Notes under the pieces: model-generated | The model's database searches: none | Told to the model about the DNA's origin: nothing | Seen by the model: the letters and a program-made list of their open reading frames with translations, nothing else | Shown here: positions 1-14,190 of the stretch, in pieces | Layout: each line of letters opens with the position of its first letter | Position numbering within the stretch: the stretch's first letter is position 1 | DNA from: Octopus sinensis | Lineage: Eukaryota | Assembly (NCBI RefSeq): GCF_006345805.1 | Contig: NC_043004.1 | Coordinates: 8,990,001-9,054,000 of the forward strand | Direction of reading: 5' to 3' | Length of the DNA stretch: 64,000 nucleotides | Program-made: the position numbers and the translations under genes

Positions 1-20
1 TATGTACCTATTGTACCTGT

Positions 21-96
<76 letters not shown>

Positions 97-333
97 TTAT
101 CGGTCTACAAATGTATCCATCTACTTATCTGCAAATACATACATACGTACACACATGTAAAACGTGTATGTTTATATATATTATGTATATATGTATGTAT
201 GTGGTATGTATATATATATGTATGAATATATATATGCATGTATGTATGTGATAACTAAAAAAATAAATGAAAAATATATATATGTAATATATATAATATA
301 TATATATATATTATATATATATATATATAATAT

Positions 334-389
<56 letters not shown>

Positions 390-777
390 TATAATATATA
401 TAATATTATAGATATATATATATATATATATACACACATACATATATATATCTTAGTGTGTGAATGTGCATGTGTGTGTGTGTATGTTTGTGAATAATGT
501 ATATGTATACATATTAATCTCTATGTGCAATGACCTTTCCGTCAGCCTTATAAATGGTGCAATGTTCGCTCGGAGCTGTGTTATCAACAATTGCAAAAGA
601 AGTCAAGCAAAGCACAATAGTTTCTATGCGAATGGTCATTATGAGAATTGAAAATTAGAAAGATGGCGGAAATACGGAAAGAAGACGAAAAAAGCAGATA
701 CCTGGAAGCTTGAACGTAATTATATACAAACACACATAAGCATACAGAAACACATATATATTCATGCACACACACAC

Positions 778-832
<55 letters not shown>

Positions 833-1758
833 GATAAACACGCACATAGGCATACAGGCGCACATATATTCCCGCACACACACTCACAAGTGTATAATAT
901 ATATATATATATATATATATAATATAAATAATATACATATGTACATATATATATATATACATATGTATATGCATATATATATACATATATATATATATAC
1001 ACGTCTATGTATATATACATATGCACAGAAGTATTTAATACGCATATCTGTATAAATATATAGGCATATGTATATATATACGCACATCTGTCTTTGTATA
1101 TTTATGTATATATAAATACATGAACGCATGTATATGTATTTATATATGTGTACTTATGTATGTATGCAAATACATATGTATATACGTGTATATATGTATA
1201 TGTATTGGTATATAAATAAATATATACATACACACATACGTGCGCACGCACACACACGTATATATGTGTGTATATACTTATAAACGTGTTGTATATTATA
1301 TATATATATAATATATATATATATATATAATATATATATTATATATATAATAATATATGTAATATACATGTATATATATGTGGTGTGTATATATGTATAT
1401 ATATATAATATATACATATATATATATATAATATATATATATATATATACATATACACAGATATATATATGTATAGATATACACACTCCCACACACATAT
1501 TTGTTAAAGGATGCGAATAAATTTGTTTTGTTGAGGTTAGAAGATAATTGGACGAAACTCTATAGAGATTTGATTGTCTCTTATTCATTATTCAAGTATC
1601 GTTTTATATACAAATATATTTTATACGCATACTTACATTTACGTACACACACATACACATACACATGTATGTACATATTCTATATCTATATATACATATA
1701 TAAGTATATATAAATAGCTATATATATATATATAAATAGCTATATATATATAAATAGC

Positions 1759-1789
<31 letters not shown>

Positions 1790-1919
1790 GCATATGTTTG
1801 TATATTCACACGTATATTCACAAAACTGGATGTTATTGTGTTGTGTGAGTTTTATGCTTTGTATTTCGTATAGGATTATATTTTTTGTTTATGTAATTCA
1901 TTAGAATGTTGTATATATG

Positions 1920-1960
<41 letters not shown>

Positions 1961-2024
1961 GTATGTATGTATGTATATGGATATATGGTGTGTGTGTGAA
2001 TACATATATACATACATACATACG

Positions 2025-2065
<41 letters not shown>

Positions 2066-2231
2066 TATATAATATATATATATATATGTATGTATATATA
2101 TATATGTATATATATAATTCACTGTGTCCCTTTATTTTGTTTCCTTGTAAGCAGTTAACGGCGCTTTGCATCATCATGATCATCATGATCATCATTTTAT
2201 TATTATTGTTGTTATAATTATTAATGGAGCC

Positions 2232-2290
<59 letters not shown>

Positions 2291-3513
2291 GTAGTAGTAG
2301 TAGTAGTAGTAGTAGTCGTAGCAGTAGTTGTTGTTGTTGTTACCGTGTTAGTTTTTATTGTATATTATGATATTTCTGATTAAGTTTCTTTGTTCATGTT
2401 TTCGCCATTGTTAAAATATTTGTTGGTTTTGATAAACGTATAAACAAATTGAAAAAAACAAATAAATAAATAAATAGATAAATAATTAAATGAATAATTA
2501 AGGAAACATGTAATTTTCTTGTATTGACAAACGTTACAATGATGATGATGATGATGACGACGACGACGACGACGACGACGATGATGATGATGATGATGAT
2601 GATGTAGGTTGTAGTGATGGTGATGTTGATGATTCCTAACTGAATTATTAAAGGACGATGACAAGAGCCATCTATAAATACTCCGGCAACAATAATAATA
2701 GTCATTTATTCAAGATGGCCACTGCCACAGATCGAAGGTTTGGTTGGTTGTGCGGATCTGATTGGTTCCATCGATCTTTGGTACTTGATCGGTCCTTCAG
2801 TTTATGGTTCCTGAATGATGAAAGATAAATTTTGGGTCATTTGTCGAAAATGAAATAAACGATACAATATGAGAATATTAAGGACAATGAACTTAGCCGA
2901 GTCACTGGAGCATCGGATAGAAGGACTTGTAACATTTGTTCCGGCTATTTGCTCTCTGAGTTCAATTCCTGCCGATGTCAACTTCACATTTCATCCTTTA
3001 GGAGTCGATAAATAAACTAGCCAGGCCGTTACATTGGTAGAGTCGGTAGGGCATCGGACAGGACGCCTTGTGAATGTGTTCTGGACCTTCTGACTCTGAT
3101 AACAGAATCTCTACTTTCTGACTCTTTCACAATCTCGCCCCAGTTACAGAACAACAATAATCGTTTTAATCAATCTCAAAACTTGACAGATATTTTGTCG
3201 ACTCCACTTCCATCTTCGACCATCCGTATTATTTTCAGGCATAAAGCTGGTGGATTCTCCATCGATCTCGACGACGAACATTTAGTTGTTTAAACAACTG
3301 AACTACATATTTAAGAAATTAATGCACAAATGATTGCGTATCCTTGGCAGCGGCGTTGACAGTTGGACTAATGTTAGTGTTATCTTCAAGCCAGGAACGA
3401 AACCATTGTCTATGGCTCTTTATAAGGACTACGGGAAGGATAAGGGAAAGATGCTGTTATCTTCAAATCGGAGACCTCGTCTGAATAGAGCAAAATAGAA
3501 TCTGTTAAAGTTA

Positions 3514-3658
3514 GAGGAGGTACCAGGTAGGGGTGATAAACTGAGAAGGTACCAGGTAAGGGTGATAAACTGAGGAGGTACCATTTAAGGGTGAAAAACT
3601 GAGGAGGTACCAGGTAAGGGGGATAAACTGAGGAGGTACCAAGTAAGGGGGATAAACT
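3514..3658. repeat. 29-bp minisatellite, 5 copies (consensus GAGGAGGTACCAGGTAAGGGKGATAAACT)
   Basis: Units start at 3514, 3543, 3572, 3601 and 3630 (exact 29-bp period); each contains the palindrome GGTACC. Confidence 0.92.
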
Positions 3659-3799
3659 GAGCAGCGGATGAAGTGCGTTACTCAAATTAATCGTTCGGAT
3701 TATTGATTTGCTTCCACTTGTAACATCTTCAAGGCAATGGAGACAGCTATTCCCGATGACTACCTTCAACACTTTGAAATTCTCTTCCTTACCTCAGAG

Positions 3800-4500
3800 T
3801 CAGGTCATCTACTTTCTATGTCACTCAGTTGTAGGATCTCGCTTCAGAGAAGTTCGGTGAAAGCAACGCTGTTGCTTTGGACATTAGCAAAGTAGTTGAC
3901 TTTCTCTGGCCTTCGGATATTCTGTCAAAACTTCTCGCCTACGGGCGCCATCCGTCTCTCATCGGTAGCTTCCCATCAGACCCCAGATATGTGTTGACGG
4001 AGATTATTTCAATGAACTCTGATATACCTCAACTCTCTTCCTTAAATACATCAATAACCTATGACCCGCCACATCCACATCGCTCCACTTATATGCAACT
4101 TATACGACTCTTCATTCCACCCTAACCTCCCTGGACTATGCATCATCCACACACATCCTAGACATGACATGTTAAACCGGAACTGATCTCCTAAACGAAG
4201 ACCTCGAACGCATCCTGGTGGGACCAGACTAACTTCATCTTTTTTAACTGTGATAAAACTCAAGCATTACTCATACGAAAAAAACTCTAACGCGTCACAT
4301 CCCCACTTGAGCGGTCCTTAGCTGGGCCCCTCGTGGGTCGCTTCAAAGCTAGGCCTTTCTATCATCAAAGATTTCTCCTGCCGGAAGCACCCCATAATAT
4401 AGCTAGACTCGTTTCTCAATGACATGCTCTTTCCTTCAAAACCAGGAAATATTTCCGTTTCCAATAGCTACTCACATACTACAAAGCTTAAGCGAGGTCA
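3800..4500 (+). pseudogene. Degraded CR1/L2-type LINE reverse transcriptase fragment
   Basis: Translates to FGESNAVALDISKVVDFLW..ILSKLLAYGRHPSL, resembling the RT motif ALDISKAFDRVWH..LLSKL..YG; further on KTQALLI and FKTRKYF..LLTYYKA, with frameshifts and stops. Confidence 0.7.
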
Positions 4501-4554
4501 ACAATGCACCCTCACTGGCAGGGCGTTGGTACTACAGACTCAGAAATCCTTTGC

Positions 4555-4842
4555 CGCATCCCAACAAGGGCCATTCCCCAATGGAACGTTGTGTCTTTGA
4601 GCAAGGCACTTTATTTCACGTTGCTGAAGAATCCTCTCAGGTAACAAAAATGGGTTGCGCTTGTAATTCAAAAGGGCCAGCTTTCCCACATTTTGTGTCA
4701 CACCGAATCTCTCTGAGAATTAAGTTAAGGATACGCATGTCTGCGGTGTACTCAACCACTTGCACGTTAATTTCATGAACAAGTTTTTTCCGTTGATTGG
4801 ATCAACTGGAACACTATTCATCGTAATCGACGGAGTACCAGT
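4555..4842 (+). mobile_element. Degraded tRNA-derived SINE sharing its 3' half with the SINE at 12466
   Basis: AAGGGCCAGC...CCACTTGCACGTTAATTTCA...CCGTTGATTGGATCAACTGGAAC...GACGGAGT aligns by eye with 12677-12840. Confidence 0.7.
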
Positions 4843-5674
4843 CATTTAACAGCATTTTCCGATCTTGGAGCTTCTGCAAAGATCATGGGCCTTTCCTCTT
4901 CCTTCAGACATAGCAAGTAAAAAAGAAGAGAAGCAAACATGATGGTGATAATGATGGTTTGTGAGTGGTAATTGTTATGTTGTCATCGATGCTGCTGGTG
5001 ATGGTGGTTATAAGAACTGTGGTGGTAATGGTGGTAGTGGTAGTGGTGGTGATGGTGGTAGTGGTAGTGGTAGTGGTGATGGTGGGGTGGTAGTGGTGGT
5101 GGTGGAGGTGGTAGTGGTGATGGTGATGACGGTGATGGCGGTGGGGTGGTGGTGGTGGTGGTGGTAGTTGTGGTGGTGGTGATGATGATGATGGTGGTGG
5201 TGGTGGTGGTGGTGATGGTGGTGGTTAAAGTAATGATGTGGTTGCAGCAAAGATGTAGTCGTCAGTATGTTGAGAGAAATGAAGGTGGCAGTGATACAGT
5301 GCTATGTGTTTGTTGTTGCTGCTGTTGTTGTTTCGTCCTCGGTCAAGCTCGATCTAGCAGACCACCTACGACATAAAAAAAAAATAAATAAATAAAACAT
5401 TGTACCTCTCATCGTCCCGCCTTGAATGGAAGTATGGCGTAATTTGAGGGAGATTAACGGCTGCTATTTCTAGCCGATGGAGCGACCACATAAATCTCAC
5501 TCGTTGGTTCGGAACTTGTGTTTTTCTTTTCTTTTCTTTTTTTCGGTGGTCGTAAGTATTTGAACGATTCGATAGCAATGATGGCGGATGGCTTGTTAAT
5601 GACGAACACGGTGAGGAAAGGATGTTGGCGATAGTAATGCTACGTTTGTACACTCAGGCGCCATGTTTTTTAAA

Positions 5675-5729
<55 letters not shown>

Positions 5730-5746
5730 GTTGGTGTTGTTGTTGT

Positions 5747-5784
<38 letters not shown>

Positions 5785-6823
5785 TCATTATTATTATTAG
5801 TTGTAAAAGGAAATTCATATCCGGCAAAGGGTTCGAATTGACCCGGAGGCTCTTCATGCTCTGTATCAAGCTGCTTTGGTTCCTCTTAGTTCAATGTTCA
5901 GTATATATTTGACTGGACAAAACGGCCGTAGGCATTTCCATTTCCATTATTATTACTATTATTATTATTATTATTATTATTATTGAACATCATCATTATC
6001 ATCACTTTAGTCACGACTATCCACGTTTTGTTTTAAGATGTTACATGACAATCATTTTCCAATTGTCGGTTTTATTTTTTTCCTCCCCCGATTCGCTGCC
6101 AGAACTCGAAAGATCTATCCAAAATGGACAGTGGCATCGCACTTGAATAAATAGGAACCATTACATGAAAGAATGAAAAGAAGACAAAAAAAGGAATATA
6201 TACATACGGATATATTAATATATCAGTACACAGAGACAGAGAGAGAGAGAGAGAGACACTCATTTTATATGGATGTGTGCGGATCGACATAGAAGGGGAG
6301 AAAGAGATGGAGAGGTGGGGAGAGAACAAGAGTGTAAAACAAAAGATACGAGAAGGAAGTTTAAGTGAAAAAGAGAGAAAAGAGAGAAAAACAGAAAGAG
6401 AAACAAAAGGAGGAAAGAATAGGGCGAAATTGTGAAAGGAGGATATATTTGTGTATCTCTATGTGAATATAGCTCTGTGTGTGTATGTGTGTGTGATTAT
6501 GTACACACACACATACATACATATATACATACATATATATACAGATATATATATATATATGTATATTCATATACAAGTATACATAAATAAATAAGCATAG
6601 TATAGCATATTTAATACATACACATACTCGTAAATATGTATATACACAACATATACATGTTTTATATATAACTGCATGTATACATATATGTATACACACA
6701 TAAACATACATACGAATGCATGTGAGTATATATATATGTATATATATATGTATATATATATATATACACACACACACACATTTATGTCTAATTTCAATTT
6801 ATATTAATTATATGTCACCGCAG

Positions 6824-6855
<32 letters not shown>

Positions 6856-7013
6856 GTGTGTGTGTGTGTTTATATATATATATATATATAGATAGATAGA
6901 TAGATACACACACATATATGTATATATATATATATCCGCAAGTATATATATGTTTATATATATATATAAGTCTAATTACAATTTATATTTAATTATATAC
7001 GTCAGTGTATATG

Positions 7014-7064
<51 letters not shown>

Positions 7065-7362
7065 GATATACACCTGTGCTTGAATGTGTGTGTGCATGTA
7101 TAAGTGTGTGAACGTATGTGTATATATAAATATCAAAACATATGTTGAAATCACAATTTTCGATTATTTGAATGTCCACTGCTTCTATGTGTATATATCT
7201 GTCTGTTCTGTGTGTGTATGTAAGTGAGTGTCTATTTGTCTATGTGCGTATGCATGTATGCGTGTGTGTCTGTCATGCGTACGCATGTATGCGTGTGTGT
7301 CTTGTTAGTTTCTTTTGTTGTTGTTGTTGATCAGTTGTATTGAATGTAAGATAATGACATAC

Positions 7363-7438
7363 TTGAGAACGGACAGCAAAGACGCGGGCAAGATTGTGCG
7401 GCAAAGAAACATGACTTTGGTTGAAATTAACGAAATAT
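7363..7438 (-). CDS. Candidate 76-nt internal exon of an unidentified gene, (R)YFVNFNQSHVSLPHNLARVFAVRSQ
   Basis: Minus-strand acceptor gtgttctcag| and donor CAA|gtatgt; open frame of non-repetitive composition in an island between microsatellites. No homology recognised. Confidence 0.3.
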
Positions 7439-7819
7439 CTGAGAACACACACAAACACACACACTCAAAATGTCCGAATAGTGGATTAATATATATATAT
7501 ATAATATATATATATATATGAATATATATGTGTGTGTATATATATATATATGTTTATATATAATATACCGACATATGATCTATAAATATTGACATAAATA
7601 AACTGCAGAGAGAGAGAGAGAGAGAGAGATACATATATATATAGATATATATCCATACACACATTTCTTCTAATATATATATATATATATATATGTTATA
7701 TATATATATATATAGATATAGATATATATATATATATATATATAATATACATATATATTCATATACATACATATATACATACATATATATATATACATAC
7801 ATACATTTATAGATGTGTG

Positions 7820-7862
<43 letters not shown>

Positions 7863-8563
7863 ACATGTATATGTATATGCATAGATGTATATACATTTAA
7901 ATACATAAATACTCATATTCATTTATCTTTCTTTCTCTGAGAGAAGAGAGAGAGAGAGGGAGAGGGTGAGAGATAGAGAAAGGAAGAGAGTGAGTGATAG
8001 ATAGAGAGAAAGCGAGAGAGAGACAGAGACAGAGATAAATGAATAAATAAGTAAAAAATAAAACAGACAGATAAATAGATAAATGAGATCGCTGGTTAGA
8101 TAGATAAGTTTTTATGAGCAATAGAGAAATGTTGAAAAGCTTTCGAGTAGCTTCCTTGCAAGTTGTAAGCAATATTTGTCGCACGCTGGACACCTCCGGG
8201 TTAAAAAGTGGTTTCAACACTCGAGGCTCCTTATCCAACCAATTTCGCTGACGGCCACACGATAATATCAAACAATGTGAACCGACGAGTATTGCGTTTC
8301 GCAGCTGTTACATGTTACTTAGAGCTGCAAACCCGTTCCATCGGAGAGGGTATTCCGCCGCTAGTCGAGAGTAGGAAGCGGATGCGATGCTTGGCTCTTA
8401 TCCCGTTGGTCACCGGCACTTTGCTGCGTCCTTGACCAAAACACTTAACATTTACTGGTGCAGTGTATATAATAAGTAAAGATGTATGTATACAGGTGTA
8501 CAGGTATGTATGTGTGTATTATGTTCATATGGTTTTGTTTTTTTTAATTTCTTTCCTATACAG

Positions 8564-8584
8564 AATAAACCGGACGTTTGACCA
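8564..8584 (+). CDS. Candidate 21-nt microexon (xINRTFDx)
   Basis: Strong acceptor (T)n-aatttctttcctatacag|, donor CCA|gtaaga; length is a multiple of 3 and only one frame is stop-free. Confidence 0.25.
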
Positions 8585-9834
8585 GTAAGAGAGCCTCTTC
8601 ATTAGAATTTCAACAACATCAGTTACCGTGTCGTACATCCGTACGTACATATATATGTGTGTGTGTGCATGCATGTATGTTTATGTCTATGTATTTGCAT
8701 ACCTATAAGTGGGTGTATGTATGTACTTATGTATGTATGTGTGCTTGTATGTGTATACGTTTGTATGATCGGATGCAGTTACGTGAGTGATTAAATCTGT
8801 ATACTTTAACTTCTCTATTTATCGGCAGACATGATTGTATCTGCAGATGAGTAAAAGTGTGCCTAAGAAAATGAATTAGGAGAACTGTTAGAGCGTAGAA
8901 CAAAGTGCCGTGTGGTAAAAATGTTTTGATTCATTAGATCCTGAGTTCAAATCCTGCCGTAGTTCACTTCGACTTTCATCCAATCGGTGTCTATAGAATA
9001 GAATAACAATAGAGGAGGATGGAGTGGCGGACTCGTTGGAGCGTCGGACAAAATATTTTGTTATAAGTGTTCTAGTTCTTTACTTTCTGGATGCCGAGTC
9101 AGGGGAGACGAACTTGGCAGCAGGTAACCAAGATGAGACGGTGCTCTTGTCAAAAACACCGGAAAAAAGACAAGAGTTAATTTTTGTAAACTCGCACGAA
9201 AATTAGACACGAAGCACATAAACTCATTGACGACAAATGAGACATCAGGGTTCATTCGTCGGCCCCACGGGGAAACGAAGAGAGATGTGTGTATATATAT
9301 AAAAGACGAGGGAGATTCTGGAAGGATTTTGAGATTAATGATCATAAATGAGGGTAACTTACACGATTTAAAAGATTGGTACATCGTTCATTCCCTCTAG
9401 CAATATGCTTTCTTGTTCTTCTTGACCTTGAGACACCATTCACCCGGTGGTGCTGGTGGTGGTGGTGGTGGGGGGGGGGGCTGGCGTCATTCATCCTCAA
9501 TGCTGCATCTCTCACAAACGCCGACTAGACCTGGTGATTTGAGGTTAACGACCGCGTGATCTCTAGCCACTGCCTATTCCAGCGGCGAACGCCGTAGATA
9601 TGGGGGGCTAGGTTGGGTTCCAGATCAGCCTTGACTGTCATCGCACCTCATGTACATCGCTTTCTTTTTTGGAGCAATTCGTATGCAGTTTCAAGGGAAA
9701 GCATCAAGTGTGAGTGTCATCTTGTATAACATGTTCTGACGAGTTGAATACATAAACAAGTTACTGTCTCTATGTAATGATCCTCTTGTAAAAAAACAGG
9801 GTTTTTTTTTAGCTCAAGGAATCATAAGGCCGGT

Positions 9835-10050
9835 TACCCTGTTTCTATGGCGAGTAAGTGACCCAGATCACAGCATTTCCCACTGAACGAGATGTCGATC
9901 CGTTGCAGGATGCAAGGCCGTTGATTGATACTTTATTTTATCGACCCTGAAAGTTGACCTCAGCGGGATTTGAACTGAGAACCTGAAGAGAGAAGGTATG
10001 CTGCTAAGCATTTTGTCCAACGTTACAACGATTCTGTCAGGTTTTCGCCT
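9835..10050 (-). mobile_element. Degraded tRNA-derived SINE(s)
   Basis: Reverse complement contains CAGTTCAAATCCCGCTGAGGTCAACTTTCAGGGTCGATAAAATAAAGTA, matching the body of the SINE at 10548. Confidence 0.65.
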
Positions 10051-10547
10051 TATTGCAAAGCACATAACCATGCTAATTGTCATGTATTTCGCCACAGTTT
10101 GGAACAATTATTGAAAAACTCTTCTCCAATAGAAATAGGATAGACGTTGAAAGAATTTCTTGGCTCAAGGGGCGTTCAAATTGCCTGGTGTAGTCCTCTA
10201 CAAACTCTTGGAGATATTTTAAATATTATCAATTTCAAGCATGGTAATTGTGTTGAGGCAGACTGAATTATCAAGTGTAAAACATCTTCATGCACTTCCT
10301 GCACGATTTGGTAGAATGTACCAGAAGAATCTGCTGTAGCTGATGATGATGATAATGATGATGATGATGATGATGATGAATCTATTGTACAGGAACCAAA
10401 ATTATGGTATATCATGTTAATTCATTAACGTCATCCAAGAGAAGATACCAATAGCTAGAAAAACCTGGGAAAACTATAAAACTGCCCAACACAGAGCTAA
10501 CTTACAAAAGAAGTGACGAAAAGAATCATAATATGATATTTAGTTGT

Positions 10548-10935
10548 AAAAGGTGACGAGTTGGCACCGGGCGAAATGCTTAGCGGTATTTCGCCTGTCT
10601 TTATGTTCTGAGTTCAAATTCCGCCGAGGTCGACTTTGCCTTTCATCCTTTCGGGGTCGATTAAATAAGTACCAGTTACGCACTGGGGTCGAGATAATCG
10701 ACTTAATTTGTGTGTCTGTCCTTGTTTGTCCTCTCTGTGTTTAGCCCATTGTGGGTAGGAAAGAAATAGGTATTTCGCCTGGCTTTACGTTCTGAGTTCA
10801 AATTCCGCCGGTGTCGACTTTGCCTTTCATCCTTTCGGAGTCGATAAATTAAGTACCAATTGCGTACTGGGGTCGATCTAATCGACTGGCTCCCTCTCCC
10901 AAAATTTCGGGCATTGTGCCTAAAGTAGAAAAGAA
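10548..10935 (+). mobile_element. Dimeric or nested tRNA-derived SINE with a 12-bp TSD
   Basis: Two consecutive bodies (GTTCTGAGTTCAAATTCCGCCG..GTCGACTTTGCCTTTCATCCTTTCGG) with different 3' tails; ATATTTAGTTGT flanks the pair at 10536-10547 and 10944-10955. Confidence 0.88.
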
Positions 10936-11607
10936 AAAATGGAATATTTAGTTGTGTAACTATTATATAAGTTGTTATGGACTGTAATGCAACCCAGCCT
11001 AGCTTAAGTTTGGCGAATCCCCACGAAATGATCCGGTCACTCCATGAAATTTATGAAGAAATGTTTCCATGGTTTCCAGTGTATACTCGATGTAACGTCC
11101 ATTACATAACATGACTCTTTATCAACCAGACATTTTTAAAAATCCTAAGTTCTCTTACTTTGCAGTAGAAGCTTAGACAGCAGTCCCCTACTCAAACTTG
11201 ACTTTCCCACTAGGGATCAAGGTCCTGTTGGAGCTACTTTACCAGAATGATTGCACAAAATAATCGAAAGCTTGAAACCAATCAACTGTGCCTGACGTAA
11301 AGGACATCAATATGATTAAATTCTCAAGTCTTGTATTAAATTGATTTTTTTCTATTAAAACAGTGAATCTCGAAAACTTGCAATGTATATTCTTCTATTA
11401 ACGGTTGTAAAGTTAAGAGAAACGATTAAGCAGCAGGTTCTATCTAAAAGCAGCAAGGGAACGTCTTCTAATTTACTTGTACAAAACCCAAATTTTCGTT
11501 TGTGGGGTGATTACGAATAGAACGTTAATTACTTTTGCTTGGAAGCTTATCCAACCCTTTATAGCCAATCTGCCTTTCGCTTACTAGTTGCTGAGTAAAG
11601 TTTGTTG

Positions 11608-11709
<102 letters not shown>

Positions 11710-11721
11710 CCATCATCATCA

Positions 11722-13745
11722 TGTTTTCTGAGAACGTTCAGTCTTATTTGTTCTGGTAGATTCTGTGAGAGCAGACACCATCCTTCTGTCAGAGGTCTCA
11801 CAGGGTCGCTTTCTGCTCATTATAAGCTTTGATACTTGATCGTTATTTATCGTGGGAGACATTCAATATCCAAATACCAATCTCAAAATCCTAGCTGCCC
11901 CCAGCAGAGCAGTGTTTTGGGCTTGCTTTACTCTAATGTTAATTCCGATTTCTTTGACATATTTCTCGAACTTGGTTGTTAGTGCTCCAAGTGCCCCTAC
12001 ATCTACTGGAATGACAGGCATTTTCTACGTAGTCCATATTCTTGCTATTTTGTCTTTTAGTAGTCTGTACTTTTCAATGATTTCTAGTTGTTCGTCACTT
12101 ATGCGTACATCTCTGGGTATTGCAGTATCTATGATCATGGTTTCTTTTTTTCCTTATCTACCACCACAATATCTGGTCCTCGAGCCTCGATTAGGGAGTC
12201 ACATTGGATTGTAAAATTCCTTGTTCTCGGTGACCCCTTATGGTTCATGTTCGTACCATTTCCGTGCTCTGTTCAGGCCGTACGTTTCACATGGTCACCA
12301 GTGGACGAACTTAGCCACGTTATCATGCCTCCTTTTAAAGTGCTTTTGGGCCAGCTTGCTACACTCACTCACAATATGTGAGATTGTTTCATTTCTGCTG
12401 CCACTCATCCTACAAAGAGGCAATTTACTATTCTTATCTATTTGAATTCTTATCTATCTGAATAGGGGAGGCGCAATGGCCCAGTGGTTAGGGCAGCGGA
12501 CTCGCGGTCGTAGGATCGCGGTTTCGATTCCCAGACCGGGCGTTGTGAGTGTTTATTGAGCAAAAACACCTAAAGCTCCACGAGGCTCTGGCAGGGATGG
12601 TGGTGATCCCTGCTGTACTCTTTCACCACAACTTTCTCTCACTCTTACTTCCTGTTTCTGTTGTACCTGTATTTCAGAGGGCCAGCCTTGTCACTCTCTG
12701 TCACGCTGAATATCCCCGAGAACTACGTTAAGGGTACACGTGTCTGTGGAGTGCTCAGCCACTTACACATTAATTTCACGAGCAGGCTGTTCCGTTGATC
12801 GGATCAACCGGAACCCTCGTCGTCGTAACCGACGGAGTGCTTCCATCTATTTGAATTGGTGTAATTAATTCTCAGAGCTTGTTCCTGGGTGCTGCGTATC
12901 GATGAATCAGTGCACCCTTTCAGATCACTTTTTATTAGCCATGTCCAAGTGTTGATCTTGTGTTTTCCTTCGATTTCTCTGCGGTATTGCCCATGCAGTA
13001 GTCTCATTTTCCAGTTGTTTTCTATTTCCTCTTCATCTTGTTCCTGAAATGTCTGTGGGTGCATCACATTTTCGGTAGGTATTATACTGTTAATTCTAAC
13101 AGCGGCAAGGAAGGATTCATTCTGCTTTTTTATGTACCATCCCAGAATGTTCTTCTCGTTGACAACACAGATTTTGCATCCCCTGTTCCTAGGCACATAC
13201 AGTCTGTCAGTATCACTTTTGGGATGTAGTAACTTGTTAATTGTCATGTCTTTTCTAGTTTTCCTGTCCATTTCCTCAAGTTCGTTCTTTGTCCACTTAA
13301 TAACACCTGTGCCATCTCGCATTAAGAAAACAGTCCATGTGTTCATTGCCCTGATTTTCTTTTTTTCCATTGAGTCTATTTCCCATAATTAACTTGGCTC
13401 TTCTGGCATATTTTCACCTAAAGCTTTCCTTCATTTCACTTTCCTTGATTTTGTCGTATTCCAAAATCCCCAGATATTTATATCCATTAGTCTCAATATT
13501 CTTGATTTTCTCGCCGTTGGGCAACTCTACACGTTCAGACGACTCTACTTTGTATTAACAGCAAGCCACACTTTTCAATCCCAAATTCCATTCCGATGTC
13601 CTTACTGAATATCTGCACTGTTGAAACTAGGCCATTTATTTCCCGTTCGGTCTTTCTAAAGATCTTTAATCATCCATACATAACAGATGTACCCGATGTC
13701 ACTTTCCGTAATATCTGTGTGAAGGGTATCATACAAACCACACAC
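11722..13745 (-). mobile_element. 5'-truncated R4/Dong-clade non-LTR retrotransposon (RT C-terminus, zinc knuckle, restriction-like endonuclease), pseudogenised
   Basis: Minus-strand motifs HLLCMDD, DIGMEFGIEKC, YKYLGILE, LHPKSDTDRLYVPR, LHGQY, QEQALRINY, CRM..ETISHIVSECSKLAQKHFKRRHDNVA, IIDTAIP, VIPVDVGALG; 3' end runs into (TGA)n(TAA)n at 11602-11722. Confidence 0.9.
12466..12844 (+). mobile_element. Young full-length tRNA-derived SINE inserted into the Dong/R4 element
   Basis: A box TGGCCCAGTGG and B box GGTTTCGATTCCC; target duplication ATCTATYTGAAT on both sides (12452-12463, with a tandem copy at 12436-12447; and 12845-12856); the Dong reading frame resumes on both sides. Confidence 0.92.
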
Positions 13746-13809
13746 AGCAATGATGATAGGCTACAGCCTTGAATCGCTAGTATCCTAGAATCCTAGACTC
13801 CTAGAATCG

Positions 13810-13990
13810 CTAGCACGATGTACAAAATGTTTTGCGGCATTTCGTCCGTCATTCCATTCTGAGTTCAAATTCCGTTGTATTTCACCCTTTTTGGGGTCCA
13901 TAGAATAAGAGTCAATTCAACACGGGTGTCGATGTGGCCGACTCAACCCATCCCTCAAATTTGCAGGCCTTGTATCTATAATAGCAAGTA
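13810..13990 (+). mobile_element. Degraded SINE of the 10548 family
   Basis: TTCTGAGTTCAAATTCCG...GGGGTC..TAGAATAAG...GTCGATG...CCCTCAAATTTGCAGGCCTTGT. Confidence 0.65.
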
Positions 13991-13999
13991 CTATTTTTG

Positions 14000-14190
14000 C
14001 AGAATTTGATCTCAGCGCTGCGTTCCATAAAATTCCAATGGATGATGACTTTTAAAGGAATCTCAACTATTAACAAACACTGTCATTGATTTCCTGAGAT
14101 GGAAAGGAATATGTTATGGTATAAAGATTCCAGAATCTTCCACGAAGTCGATGCATCTGAATGTCAGACAGTACATTCTCACGGATATCA
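14000..14190 (+). pseudogene. Possible highly degraded Ty3/Gypsy RT fragment
   Basis: EFDLSAAFHKIPMDDD...WKGICYGIKI resembles the Gypsy RT segment DLSxAYxQIPxDE...PFGIK; short and frameshifted. Confidence 0.4.
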
